The position numbers and the translations under genes were made by a program. Shown here one piece after another: positions 52,804 to 64,000 of a stretch of 64,000 bases of DNA (its first letter is position 1; each line of letters opens with the position of its first letter). A model generated the notes under the pieces. It did not search any database. It had not been told where the DNA came from and saw nothing but the letters and a program-made list of their open reading frames with translations. The DNA is from Lingula anatina. Lineage: Eukaryota > Animalia > Brachiopoda. The stretch spans positions 32,928,401 through 32,992,400 of the forward strand of contig CM120641.1 of NCBI GenBank assembly GCA_051362555.1. Reading direction: 5' to 3'.

Positions 52804-55800
52804 ACTAAAGGGTTTTAAGTCGTCACACTTTTTTGATTTTTAAAAAATCAACTGTCAATTTCATAAATGATAAATAAACTGCTTAAATTGATAATTGATG
52901 GATACTGCAAAAGCAAATTTCTTAAATTGGTTTCTGTTATAGGCTTGTGTAATTGTGTGAGAAGTTGAATATAGTTGGCTCTGTAGTGGAATACTTGTTG
53001 AATTGTCTGTTACATTTTTAAGGCATTTGTTGAATATTTTTGGAAAAAAGTTTGGTTAAACAGTTTTAAACTGTGGTTACACATTAACTATCATTGTTTT
53101 TTTACAAAGAAAAAAATATGACTTAGTATCCTACAATTCCTACCTGAAACCTAGAGTGGTCTTTGTCAACTGTAAGGCAGTTTGTTATTTTAAAAATAAC
53201 AAACATGATTCTCCTTTCGAGTCTTCCTAATACATTCTTATTGTATTAGTGGTAATGAGGTGGCTGTTTGAATAGATTACCTGTAGCTGTTGGAGACATT
53301 TATTAATACAGAGAATCACTTAAAAGATGCATATGAAGTCAAATCTTGGCCACCAAGCTTGCCCAAATGCCATCACATAGTTTTAAAAAGCATAACTTGA
53401 AGAAATGCCAAAAGGTATGGTCTCACACTCCCAAAAAAACAATATTTGAACAGAAGATATCTGTTTTCTGTTGTTTCCACCAGTCATATGAATATTGGTG
53501 CTATTGCCTGCATAGCAGTAATGCATCATACTTTTATGAACTGGAGGGATGGATAAATAGGTCAAGCTTCTGACCAGAAATTAGAATAAGGTGCAGTTTT
53601 CAGGGTATTTTTTGGCTGACTGGGAGATAAAATTGATTTATCTTTTGGCATGTCATCTTAATAAGAATCTAGAAGAAGTGATTGATATGTGTTACCGGGA
53701 ATCTACATTTGCTTCATATGTAACTTTAATTCTGATAGAATCTATGCAAATATAAGTAAGTGGCATATTCATGTCACCACTTTGAATTCTTCGCAGCCAA
53801 TGTAAGTCCAATTTTTACATCATTTCCTCAGATTTCCCTAGATTTTTAATATGCTACCAGGGCATAATCAAGGATTCAAAAAACATGACAAAGATAACTG
53901 TAGTTACTGCTAGCTTCAATGCCTCTTTTTGCTTTTTTTTAGCCAGACTGATTGGACTACATTGTGCACATTTGCTTTTACAATTACTGCTTCTGAAATA
54001 AGTATCAAAAATATTCTGAGTGTGGGTGGGATGAAAATGAGTATCATAAAGGAATTTAAAGGAAGCATTAGAATCTGTTAATACATGGCACAATGTTTTT
54101 CCTCTTCAGTAAATTGTTTATAACTTTACAGATTTTTAATTTTTTGTCTTGGTTGATGTATTAGCTTCCACTTAACTAAAAGAAACATTCTTGATTTTTT
54201 TCGTTCTAAGAAAGATCATATATAAGTGTGACTCAGTAACAAGTTATGTAAAATGCTATCTGTTATGAACTTGAATTTACATTGTGTTCCATCTCCCATT
54301 GAGTACTCTCTGATTTTCTGAAGTGTGTGGAAAAAAAAGAAGAAAAAAAAATGTTTGTTTTATGAGAATTTTTAGCATTGTTGTAAACATAATCCAACAA
54401 CATGTTGAACCCGCGGAAATGCTGTTATAGGCAAATTGTTCTCCTCAAATTAAAGTGAAAAATTACAGATTTTCTTGAAATTTCAAAAGAATGTGTGAAA
54501 AAATTACTGTGATGTATATAAACCCAAGGGCATCTCAATTGGCAACATTCATACTAAACCTTTTTTTTTTTAAACAAAACTGATCCCCTTTTATGAGAAC
54601 TTTATATTAGAGAAAAACAGAAAAGAAAGCCCTCCTATAAAATGCCCGACTCCTGTAAAATAGAGTTTAAGGTCTATTTTTCAACAGCATGACACAATCA
54701 AATGCATTTCAAAGAAGGTACCGTGGTCCGTTCTCCATTACAGTACTTTGTACAGGTGTCATTAGTCCCATATACTAACCCCAATACTAAACATAGCCTG
54801 TACTAATCATATGAAACCGTGGACCCATTCTTAGGGCTACCTTTCCTATCACAGCGGTTTCATTGCAAATTCTGTTCACATAAAAAAGAGAGGAGAGAGC
54901 AGTTGTCGTTATTTAACAATTCCACCCAAACCTCTAGAATGAATACATAATGAGAAATTATTTTGAAAAAGAACCTGGAGAAGTTTATCACAACATCCCT
55001 TCTCAACATTGATATGGAAAGGACTGAAGAGCAATTGATCTTTCTGCATTATCTCTTTATTACTGAAATTTCACAACAGAACGTGAATTAGCCTATGTCC
55101 TTGCTATCCAGTTTTTACAATGCATTGACGGTGGGCAAATACATGAAAACTTGGCACAAGTCCGTTTAAATTCAAGTTTTTCCTTTTGACCCATCTCTCG
55201 AATATCACTGTTTAAGAGAGGGTAGCATGACCTCTTTCAAAGTAGGGGAAAATGGAGAGAGTCATAGAAAGTTTATATGTGAATGCTTCAAGATGTGGTC
55301 TCAACTAACGCACTTAAGCTTGTTATATCTGCCGTCTTATAAAAAGAAGCCAATATCTCAAATTCGGTTAGTTTGACTTAATTGCCAATCCCATAGGTGT
55401 TAAGCCTTGGCAATAAGGGTGAATGTTTGCTTGTATGGCAATAAATGAACTGTCAGTCATCGCGGGGTCGTTTAAACGGTAAACCCAAAATTGTTTCAGT
55501 TTGATAGTCGAATTAAATTTCTCTTGCAAAGACATTTTCTTACATAATTTGACTCATCTATACATTTCACCTTTCTTGTCATAATTCTACCCATTAACCC
55601 TCCTTTATAGAAAAAAAAAAACTCATATGTTCGGTTTCTTAGATTAATGCTTATTTAATCCATCTTCCATAGAAACGCTTGCCGTGCATTGAATAGGTGA
55701 TTATCGATAGAGATATAATACAAACAGAAATACTAGACTTGAAAAGGATTGCTGTGTTTGGAGAAATAAGAGGCGTACTTGCAAAATGCAAACTTAGCCG

Positions 55801-57031
55801 ACTTAACATTGAGCATTTTGTTTCATTGCGCTGGTAGATTTTGTGAGGTCATGTTCATCTACTTGCCGTTCTTCGCAGTGTTTGCATAGCAGGGAGGATT
55901 TACATTAAGGTTTAGTAATGTATACGCAGCGACGGCAGAAACAAAGCTTAGAAGTCAATGGCATTCCCACAAGTTTCGTTGGGAAATCATTAACAAATTA
56001 GAGCTAAGGCATACGAGAGAAAGAGAGAGAAACTGTGGCAGTAGGCCGTTTGCGTGCGTTTTAGTCGGACGACAGCATGGCGATGCTTTCAAGAGTTGCA
56101 ATCAACGGATAAATCACATAACAGCGAATTAGAGAACTGGAAATGCCGACCATCTTTGCATGGTCAGAATGTTGCTGTTCAACAACACTATACCGGGAAA
56201 CAACAGACCAACATCGGACAATTTAAGCATTATGACATCGCTTGGTCGGGGAAACCAGCGCAGTGATTTTGCTGTGGAAAGTTTGTTGAATGAAAACCGT
56301 AAGTAGGCTACAAATGATGCTTTTTCCAATGAGTAGGCCTATGTAGGCCTATCACTTTGCGGAATCTCACTCTAAAAATAAGGATGACAGGGAGCGTTTT
56401 TCCGGATACCGCCTCTTCTGTTTACGGTTGTATTTAGAAAACAACACTTTTGTTTCTTTGATTTTTTTGTGAAGATTGCTATTACAAGTTTAAGGGGTTT
56501 GGCAATGTGTAGGGCTTACGCTCCCTGCCCCCCCCCCCCCCTTCTTGTTCAAATGGTTGACCCACAAGGCAGTGCCACTTATTCTAGATCATTTAACGGT
56601 GTGATATTTTAGAATGCTTAAAAGGTGTCTTTAGAACGATGTTTTTTTTTACGAAATTAATTATAGGTCACTCTCTATATATTTTCTAGACGTAAGCAGT
56701 AAACGAATTTTGAATCTTTACACTACTACTACTTTTTTTGTTTTATTGTTAGTACTCTTTATGTATGACTTATCGATATTTAACACTGGTGTATTGTAGT
56801 GAACTGTTTGGGACGTGGATTATAAAATCACTTAAAATATCAACACATAACGGCATAAGCATTTAAATTGCCTTTAAAACTACAAACAATTCCTGGGGAT
56901 TGGGCCTAGGCCTATGGCATAAATTCGCGCAAAAGTAACGCCATTTAATATGTTTTACTTTATTTTTTTATTTTTTTTTTTTTAAACAGATTTATTTCTA
57001 CAATCAAGATATACAAAAAAATACATTCAGA

Positions 57032-57070
57032 GCAGGCGGCACGTCGCCACAGCATTATGGGCTCGCCTGC
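57032..57070 (-). other. LINE 3'-terminal stem-loop
   Basis: GCAGGCG ... CGCCTGC 7-bp stem just upstream of the poly(A) signal, the usual position of the RT-recognition hairpin in L2/CR1 elements. Confidence 0.65.
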
Positions 57071-57278
57071 GTTAATGTAATTCTAGTAACAAAATGACTT
57101 GATTATGATTATATATAGGTAATGATAATAGTTATGATAACACTAAATAGTACTTATTGTTGTGAAGGAGAGCAACAGGGAAGGGCACTACAGGGAAAGG
57201 CACGGGCGATATATGCGGGAAGTGATATATTAGTTGATCAAGAGAAGGAGGGTCGGGAGGGTGAACTTATAAAAGCAA

Positions 57279-60200
57279 TTAAGCATTATCAATTAAAAAC
57301 GTCGAGACAATATCGAATATTTTATCATTCTGTCCAGTTGTTAAAGTTTTGTGGCCGTGTAGAAACAAAGAAATCTTATCAAGCTGCGTTCTAAAATTTG
57401 TATTGTTAGCGCCCAGGACATTCTGAATAGACAAATGAAAATCACGATACTTCAACTGCCTCCGTGGGCACTGGAAGAAAAAATGGCGTATAGTCTCAGG
57501 TTTCCCACAAGAGCAGTTCGGAGAATTTACCGAGTCCCAGTTGTGGTTATATAATTGGGATTTGAACAATAGATCTACACGCGCACGGTTTAGATATTTT
57601 TCATTCTTTCTTTCTAACTTTAGGGTGGTAGTAGATAACGAACCAGAAAATAGTTCGGATTTCAGAGAATGCTTGAATAACGCGATATTTGGGGTATACT
57701 TTTGTTCGAGACTGAGACTATTCCATGAAGACACGAGTAAGTATTCAGGACCCTGAAATGTAAACTTAGCTGGGATGATGTAATCTCTATACGAGGACTC
57801 TCTTGTTTGCGGGGTTATTAGATTTTTAAAAGACAGGAAATCTTTAATAATATATGTAGGAGCCATATTGTGATAGATAGTGAACATAACCTTTTTTGCA
57901 TGCATTATTCTACGGTTTTCCAAAGTAGCCCAGTTCAGCTCTCTAAGCACTTTGATTGTGTTCGAACCGGGCAGAGCACCTAAAACAAGCAGACCAGCTT
58001 GATAGTGAATAGAAGAAAGTTTGGAAAGATTCCTTTTAGTTGCTGAGTGATATAGGATGTCGCAGTAATCAAGCAGAGACAGAACGTAAGCGTTATATAG
58101 TATATTCAAGTGCCTAGATCTGAGCCTGTGGGACAGGGACTTAAGAGGATTCAGGGCCTTTTGGGCCTTAGTAGCTAGATAACTTATATGCTCGGCACAA
58201 GACAGTTTTGAATCTAGTACGAATCCGAGATGTTTGTGGAATGATTTCCGGGGTATCGTTAAATCACATAATATTAGATTTCTGTATTTATTCGCTGTAA
58301 CCTTAGTAGAGAATATAACCTCACAACTCTTATTGGGTTTGAACTCCAGTTTCCATCTGTTAGACCATTCCTCGAGCTTTGAGAGGTCGGATTGAAGTGC
58401 ATCGTGCGACTGGCTGTCAGAAGGAATAGAAGATTGAAAAATAGACGTGTCGTCAGCATATAGAAAACAATCTGAAGAAAGGTTGTCTGCTAAATCATTT
58501 ATATATAAAAGAAAAAGAAGAGGACCGAGAATGCTGCCTTGTGGAACACTAGTGTTGATGTAAGATTCGTTGGAAGATTCAGATAACGTGCCGTTGATAC
58601 GGACTTTAACTTTTCTATCGCTCAAATAAGAGGATAATAGTGACAGTAGGTTACCTTTAATACCATAGGCTGACAGCTTGATTAATAGTAAACTATGCGG
58701 AACTTTATCAAAAGCGGCTGAAATATCAAGAAATATTCCTCTTACATCTCGGCCCTTTCTAAAGTTAGATCTAATCAAATTTTGAATTGCCAGTAATTGG
58801 TGTTCAGTGCTATGACCCTTAAGAAACCCGGATTGTTTTTCAAACAATAAATTATTGTTAACGACATGATTAATCATCCTTTTATAAATAATTTTTTCCA
58901 AAAGTTTTGATAAGACGCTCAAAAGTGACACTGGTCTATAGTTAATTATGCAACTTCTGTCACCTTTCTTATAAATCGGGCAAATAAACGCCATTTTCCA
59001 CAGGTCAGGGTAGGTGTTAGATTGAATAATATAATTAAATAAAATACATAATGGTTTCACAACAACATCTTTGCTTAGTTTTAACATTTTTATCGTCACC
59101 GAGTCCGGACCACTTGCCTTAGATGCATCCATATCATCGATTATTACTTTGATCTCAGTGTCATTAAAATCAATTTCTGACAAAATTGCATTTGTTTTAT
59201 CAGGGAAGTTAACTAATGCTGTGGAAGTCACTACATCGGAATGATACCTTTCTGAAAAATAATCTAGGAATACTTTGGCCTTCTCTGAATCCGTAATCGC
59301 AATTTGGCCAGTCGAATGGTTTAAAAGGGTTGGAATTGACGTAATGTATTTTGAACCGATAAGGTTTTTAATAGTCGGCCAAAATAATTTACGACCATTG
59401 CCAGGTTTTTCATCAAGGCTTTCAATTAAGCTATTAAAGTAGGATTCCTTCGTATCCCTTATAAGTTCCTTAACAAGCACAGACTGAGTATCATAACAGA
59501 GTATATTGCCCGGAGTAGGATTGGTTTTCATTTTAGCATAAAGTTTCTTTTTTTTATTTATTTCATGTTTTAGTCTATCAGAAAACCAAGGTTTATCATT
59601 CCTTTTAATAATTCTTACTTTTTGCGGAATATGCTTTTTAAAGATAAGGAGTAATCTTTCAGTAAAATTTCTAGTCATTTCGTGTATATTATTTTGAGAT
59701 TGAAAAAAGGTATCCCAATCAAAGCTTATAATATCATTGTTTAGACCATGAATATTAGCTTGATCATATTTCCAGATTATTTTCTTATATGGCTTATATT
59801 TAAGCAGAAAAACATCAAATGAGGACACGAGAGTGCTATGATCGGTCGATCCAATGGGAGCCTCAACTGACACATTTGTAACCAACCCTGGGATATCAGT
59901 AACTGTCAAGTCAATGCACGAGGATGAATCACCTTGTATTCTGGTTGGTTCTCTTACTAGCTGGTCCAGACCATGGGTTGAGAACAGATCATGTAGCAAT
60001 TCACCTGCAACATCATCCCTTCCACCCAGGTACCAGTTCCGTGAGTGGGCGTTAAAGTCCCCGTTGATGATTATTCCGTCAGGTCTGGATAATTTAGCTC
60101 TATAGAGACAATCAGATAATTGACTTATAAATTGGTTTCTTTCATTTGCAGTTTGGCTTGGAGATCTGTAAAAAATACCATACAGAAGCTTTTTATATTT

Positions 60201-60962
60201 AAGCTGTAATTCAATCCAAAGGCAATCCAACTCCGTGTTACACAAGTCCTCTCTTATTTTATATATCATGTCATTTCCCACATAAATTATAAAGCCACGT
60301 CCCTTTTCCGAGTATAAAGGATTATGATAGCCATCGATGTAATATTTACTAGTCAGATAATGCTCAGGAATTTTCCCCGCTTCACACAGACCGATTATAT
60401 AAATTTCCAATTGTTTAGCGCGAATGGATAGAGCGTCAAACCTTAGCCCGTTTTCGGCCCCAAGGCTACGTATATTCGAAAAAAGTATTTTTAAGTCATT
60501 TTCAGGTTTAAGCCTAGGCCCTGGGTTGGGATGTACGTCACCGGCGAGAAGAAGTTTGAATCCTGACAGACTTATATATTGAAATGTCGACGTCGTTTGG
60601 AAGAGAGTTAAATAAAATGCAAGTAGTTCAGCCGCAATAAGTATATAGGTTTTCACATAATATGATTTAGCGAATAATTGCGATATGCAACAAAGTAACA
60701 GTAGTGAGGACAGATTGCCGCCAGCGACACACGCAAAGGAGAATGGAGTAACCGGCCGATCTTTATGATCTTGGGTTACACTTATAGGATATACCAAGTA
60801 AAGGCACAAAGTTACAATGATAAAGAGGAAGATGAGAGCTGTTAACGGTTTCATATAAATTAAATAAGGGAACTTAAGGTGTGTTTCCCTTTTCTTAGCC
60901 ATACCTTTGAGACAGCAGAAACAACCAACCGTCACCCTCCACTGCATCAAGCTAATCCCCAT
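57279..60962 (-). CDS. LINE ORF2: hydrophobic leader - 2A-like peptide - AP endonuclease - reverse transcriptase - C-terminal Cys/His motif (1227 aa)
   Basis: NIRSL, GDFNAH, TDH (APE); YRPVSLLS, FLDISAAFDKV, VPQGSILGPLLF, YADDT (RT); CSCGKPETIRHFFFQC. Confidence 0.97.
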   Translation of the reverse strand: MGISLMQWRVTVGCFCCLKGMAKKRETHLKFPYLIYMKPLTALIFLFIIVTLCLYLVYPISVTQDHKDRPVTPFSFACVAGGNLSSLLLLCCISQLFAKSYYVKTYILIAAELLAFYLTLFQTTSTFQYISLSGFKLLLAGDVHPNPGPRLKPENDLKILFSNIRSLGAENGLRFDALSIRAKQLEIYIIGLCEAGKIPEHYLTSKYYIDGYHNPLYSEKGRGFIIYVGNDMIYKIREDLCNTELDCLWIELQLKYKKLLYGIFYRSPSQTANERNQFISQLSDCLYRAKLSRPDGIIINGDFNAHSRNWYLGGRDDVAGELLHDLFSTHGLDQLVREPTRIQGDSSSCIDLTVTDIPGLVTNVSVEAPIGSTDHSTLVSSFDVFLLKYKPYKKIIWKYDQANIHGLNNDIISFDWDTFFQSQNNIHEMTRNFTERLLLIFKKHIPQKVRIIKRNDKPWFSDRLKHEINKKKKLYAKMKTNPTPGNILCYDTQSVLVKELIRDTKESYFNSLIESLDEKPGNGRKLFWPTIKNLIGSKYITSIPTLLNHSTGQIAITDSEKAKVFLDYFSERYHSDVVTSTALVNFPDKTNAILSEIDFNDTEIKVIIDDMDASKASGPDSVTIKMLKLSKDVVVKPLCILFNYIIQSNTYPDLWKMAFICPIYKKGDRSCIINYRPVSLLSVLSKLLEKIIYKRMINHVVNNNLLFEKQSGFLKGHSTEHQLLAIQNLIRSNFRKGRDVRGIFLDISAAFDKVPHSLLLIKLSAYGIKGNLLSLLSSYLSDRKVKVRINGTLSESSNESYINTSVPQGSILGPLLFLLYINDLADNLSSDCFLYADDTSIFQSSIPSDSQSHDALQSDLSKLEEWSNRWKLEFKPNKSCEVIFSTKVTANKYRNLILCDLTIPRKSFHKHLGFVLDSKLSCAEHISYLATKAQKALNPLKSLSHRLRSRHLNILYNAYVLSLLDYCDILYHSATKRNLSKLSSIHYQAGLLVLGALPGSNTIKVLRELNWATLENRRIMHAKKVMFTIYHNMAPTYIIKDFLSFKNLITPQTRESSYRDYIIPAKFTFQGPEYLLVSSWNSLSLEQKYTPNIALFKHSLKSELFSGSLSTTTLKLERKNEKYLNRARVDLLFKSQLYNHNWDSVNSPNCSCGKPETIRHFFFQCPRRQLKYRDFHLSIQNVLGANNTNFRTQLDKISLFLHGHKTLTTGQNDKIFDIVSTFLIDNA

Positions 60963-61798
60963 TTAGATGGTACACCTCCCACGATACATCCCCCCTGATC
61001 CCCATGCCAAGTCCCTCCTCCGGCTCCCCTTCACAACATATAAAACAGTTAAAGAACATGATTATATAAATGGGAAAGAACAAAACAGAATAGATAATAC
61101 TCTTGACAGGTCGTATAGTGTAGATTGAGATGGCACGGTGAAAAGAAAAGGCAAGGTTTGGGATGGCTTCGGAATTAAATACGGCTGTAAGTTTTCTACC
61201 AATCTCCATTAGTAAGGTCATTGATGTGCAAGGCTTGCATGTGCTTACTTATGTCATCTGGACCAGTTATTGATTACTATTTCGTCCATCATAAAACAGA
61301 TAATGGTCATCAGAAGTTGATAACAGTAAGTCATCCATCTTAACCATCGTTTGGTGTCTCATCCATTATGAACCAGGTATCGTGTAATTAAATTGACATT
61401 TTTCTAGTTACACACCAGCTTAAATATGCATTTATCCATTGATTAATAGAGACATGACTCTAAAACCTACGTAAAATCAAACTAAAGCTCATCGAGGATT
61501 ATCACCAATAAATGTTTGGTCAGTTACACCTCAGATTAAAATTTAGTATTTTCTGACTGGCTATATAGAGAGACAACTCCATAGTTACATTCTCCATGTG
61601 GTAACAAGATAACCGACCAGTCGTGTAGATGTTTACATGCTTGACTAAAAAGATGTGATATAGCTGACTAACTTGGCTGTTCTTTAGTGACAAATGGAAG
61701 CACACAAGCTTGACTAAGTAGTGATGTTGTATAGCTAGCTACGTTGACTGTTGTTCAGTGGCAAATTGAAAGCACACAAAAAACTGCACGACGGCTAC

Positions 61799-62614
61799 TC
61801 ACACCACTTGCTTGCGTGGTTTACGAATTACGGGTGGTTTGGCAGGGGCATTTTCCATGTCGGTGATAATATTGTCAATGTCGTCAGTTACTTGGAAGAC
61901 ACGAATGACTCCGTTTTTGGTTTTCCCAAGAATTTTCCCTCTGTCTGACCAACAATTAGAGATCGAACCGTGATCCGTCAGTCTTCTTAAAAGACCACGA
62001 TTCATTGGGCTTAAATCTTCATAGACACGGATCCCGGTCCCTTTCAACAGAAATCTATTTCCAATAAAGTCATCACGGACAGCTTTAGACTTCAGCCTAA
62101 TTATAATTTGGCTTTGATCTGCCCTCTTATGTTGAGGTAGCCTATGCGCCGTTTCTATATCATCGCTGACAAGTTTTGGATGAATCGGTGTGTCAGATAA
62201 AGTTTTCACCAAGCTGGAGATGCAATGCTTCACATTGAAAGGCTCTTTTTTCTCCATTTCACTTAAGGGGACCCCGGAAAATCTTAGCTGTAAGCGTCTC
62301 GAATACTGAGAGTTCTGATTAGCAAGAAGTGTTACTTGATTTAGATCCTCTTTTATTTTCAGATTTTCTGCTCGTAACAAGCTAAGTTCGTCCTGCAGCT
62401 CCGCATTAATTTCGGCAAGCTCGGATTTGATGGGAGCTATTTTAGATGTAATGGCCTCATTTATTGCCGCTCGAATTTTCACATCGACAGATTTCATTTT
62501 CTCATCCAAATGTTTCTCGAAATCAGTGAGCATGTCTTTCATACGTGATTCAAACTGGCTTAGAAAGTTAAGAAGATTCGGGTCGGGATCATTAGAAAAG
62601 GCATCAGAAGACAC
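61799..62614 (-). CDS. LINE ORF1 (coiled coil plus RRM-like/CTD nucleic-acid chaperone); opens at GTG, first ATG ~62541
   Basis: Heptad-rich N-terminal half, then QYSRRLQLRFSGVP, DIETAHRL, IIIRL, IRVYEDLS, CWSDRGKI typical of CR1/L2 ORF1p. Confidence 0.88.
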   Translation of the reverse strand: MSSDAFSNDPDPNLLNFLSQFESRMKDMLTDFEKHLDEKMKSVDVKIRAAINEAITSKIAPIKSELAEINAELQDELSLLRAENLKIKEDLNQVTLLANQNSQYSRRLQLRFSGVPLSEMEKKEPFNVKHCISSLVKTLSDTPIHPKLVSDDIETAHRLPQHKRADQSQIIIRLKSKAVRDDFIGNRFLLKGTGIRVYEDLSPMNRGLLRRLTDHGSISNCWSDRGKILGKTKNGVIRVFQVTDDIDNIITDMENAPAKPPVIRKPRKQVV

Positions 62615-64000
62615 GTTTTACTTTATGAAGAATGAAAAGACATTAAAAGCACTAAGTTAGAATCAAATGAGTCCCGTTTAGAATGTGCAAAGGGGTTAAT
62701 TGGCATTAGGCTTTTTTTCTGATGAAAACCCAAAGGGCCTTTTGTCCAGGGTCTATAGGGCCTAATTTCTTTCTAGTGAGCCTTCTCCAAATTTTTAAAT
62801 TAAATTAATCAATTTGCTATAGTTGTCATTTTAATTGATCTAGGGGATAAATAAAGCACAGTTCTTTGGTAATACTTTCGGTTCTTTGAGTTCCATAAAC
62901 AGTTGCTTGGGAGATTTGTGTAATAAAACCCTGGGTCTTTATTCAAGCAAAGCGTAACTTATAGTTCCACGTCTCATTTATCGTTATCACAAAAGGGTTT
63001 CGTACTTACGGCGCAAATGATACAAAAACCGCACAAACAACACCGAGTTTGTCTTCCGCACGGTCTACTTAATCAAACAAACTAAAATGTACCATGCAGA
63101 ATCACTTTACTTCTCACCACCCGCTCTTTGTGTACAATCACTATGGTAACTTATTGTCCCCATTGAGGCTTTACCGCAGCGCACGTCCTACATTGTACTA
63201 AACATCGTACGCATTAAAGTAGGCCTCATGTAAAATATGTAAAAATAAAAATAAAACCAAGATTACGTCCAACGTTACATCTCCATGTCATATCAAATTG
63301 GAAATTCGTTTCTATTTGATAATTTGTTGTCAAAATGAGCGGCTATGAAATTTGAGCAAGCGCTATGATATCCGGGTTTCCCTTCCTGCAAGTAGTTCGT
63401 GGCCCCATGTGTGATAATCCTTTGAGATAAACAACGTCAGATAACGTCAGGATACCTCTGAAAATCTTCAGTGTATGTCCTCTTGTGGGCGTTACTTAGA
63501 TGTCAGGGGGTTCCTAGAATGGTCACTTTAAAGCTGGGCAGATGAACCTTGTAATGCAGAGTAAGTATGCATTTGAGAATCAGGGGATATTTGACTTTCG
63601 ACTGAGGTCTCTAAGTTAAACCAAGTTTATCGGGTTCAAGATCGATTATCAGATTACAATATTCCCAGATCAATGATAGCAACAGAGGTGCATTTAGCAT
63701 TCATTAGGCCAATTAAGGACGACTCCCGTGTGTCAGAAAAGTTACGCTGTTGGAGGGAGTATGTAATGGAGCATTAAATGATGCTTCTTAAGTTATTACT
63801 AGTAATATCTCAAGGGATTTGGAATAGACTGCGCCGCTTGATTTAAAATGGTTGCAGTGAATGTATTGGTATATGGGTTGTAACGTTATTAAAACTACAG
63901 TGCAAAAATGCAGCTAGAAGAAGATATTAAATGATATACGTAACATGATCCACTTCCCAACCTTTTATGCCGATATTATCTCAGACATGTTTGCAGAGGG

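Larger units (their letters stand above)
56953..63070 (-). mobile_element. Near full-length non-LTR retrotransposon (CR1/L2 group); 5' boundary approximate
   Basis: ORF1 plus uninterrupted APE-RT ORF2, 3' hairpin, AATAAA (56991-56996) and an A-rich tail (~56953-56983); no target-site duplication found. Confidence 0.9.

Noticed and set aside
53000-56900. Short ORFs and a CpG-richer stretch between NAA30 and the LINE
   Set aside because: No consistent exon chain or recognisable motif; likely 3' UTR, intergenic DNA and old repeat debris
57122-60105. Plus-strand ORFs within the LINE
   Set aside because: Antisense shadows of ORF2 and the 3' UTR with no recognisable motifs

Overview
AT-rich, intron-rich animal genomic DNA (invertebrate, probably a lophotrochozoan such as a mollusc; this is inference from gene structure and repeat content). 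It is not prokaryotic, so most short ORFs in the track are exon fragments or noise. Spliced genes reconstructed by hand: (1) 5'-truncated flavin reductase fused to an uncharacterised His-rich domain (+); (2) cytosolic malate dehydrogenase MDH1 (-), with an in-frame PTS1-like extension after a UGA-C stop; (3) WDPCP/Fritz (+), head-to-head with MDH1 as in human; (4) an unrecognised gene with a duplicated disordered tail (-), head-to-head across a kappaB-site-containing promoter with (5) a ~1,080-aa, 20-coding-exon fusion of a degenerate SIR2/FAM118-like domain, an unknown domain, an intact protein kinase and an intact metallo-beta-lactamase (MBL) hydrolase; (6) an ATF3/JDP2-like bZIP gene (-) with an intronic tRNA-Ser and a D-armless copy; (7) NAA30 (+); (8) a near full-length CR1/L2-group LINE (-) whose ORF2 starts with a hydrophobic leader and a 2A-like peptide and is bracketed by complementary segments. 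Best candidate for an undescribed system: the divergent pair (4)+(5), which share a short YPxxxxA[VI]xx[LI] motif and a candidate NF-kB promoter. All domain calls come from motifs recognised by eye; no database searches were run.
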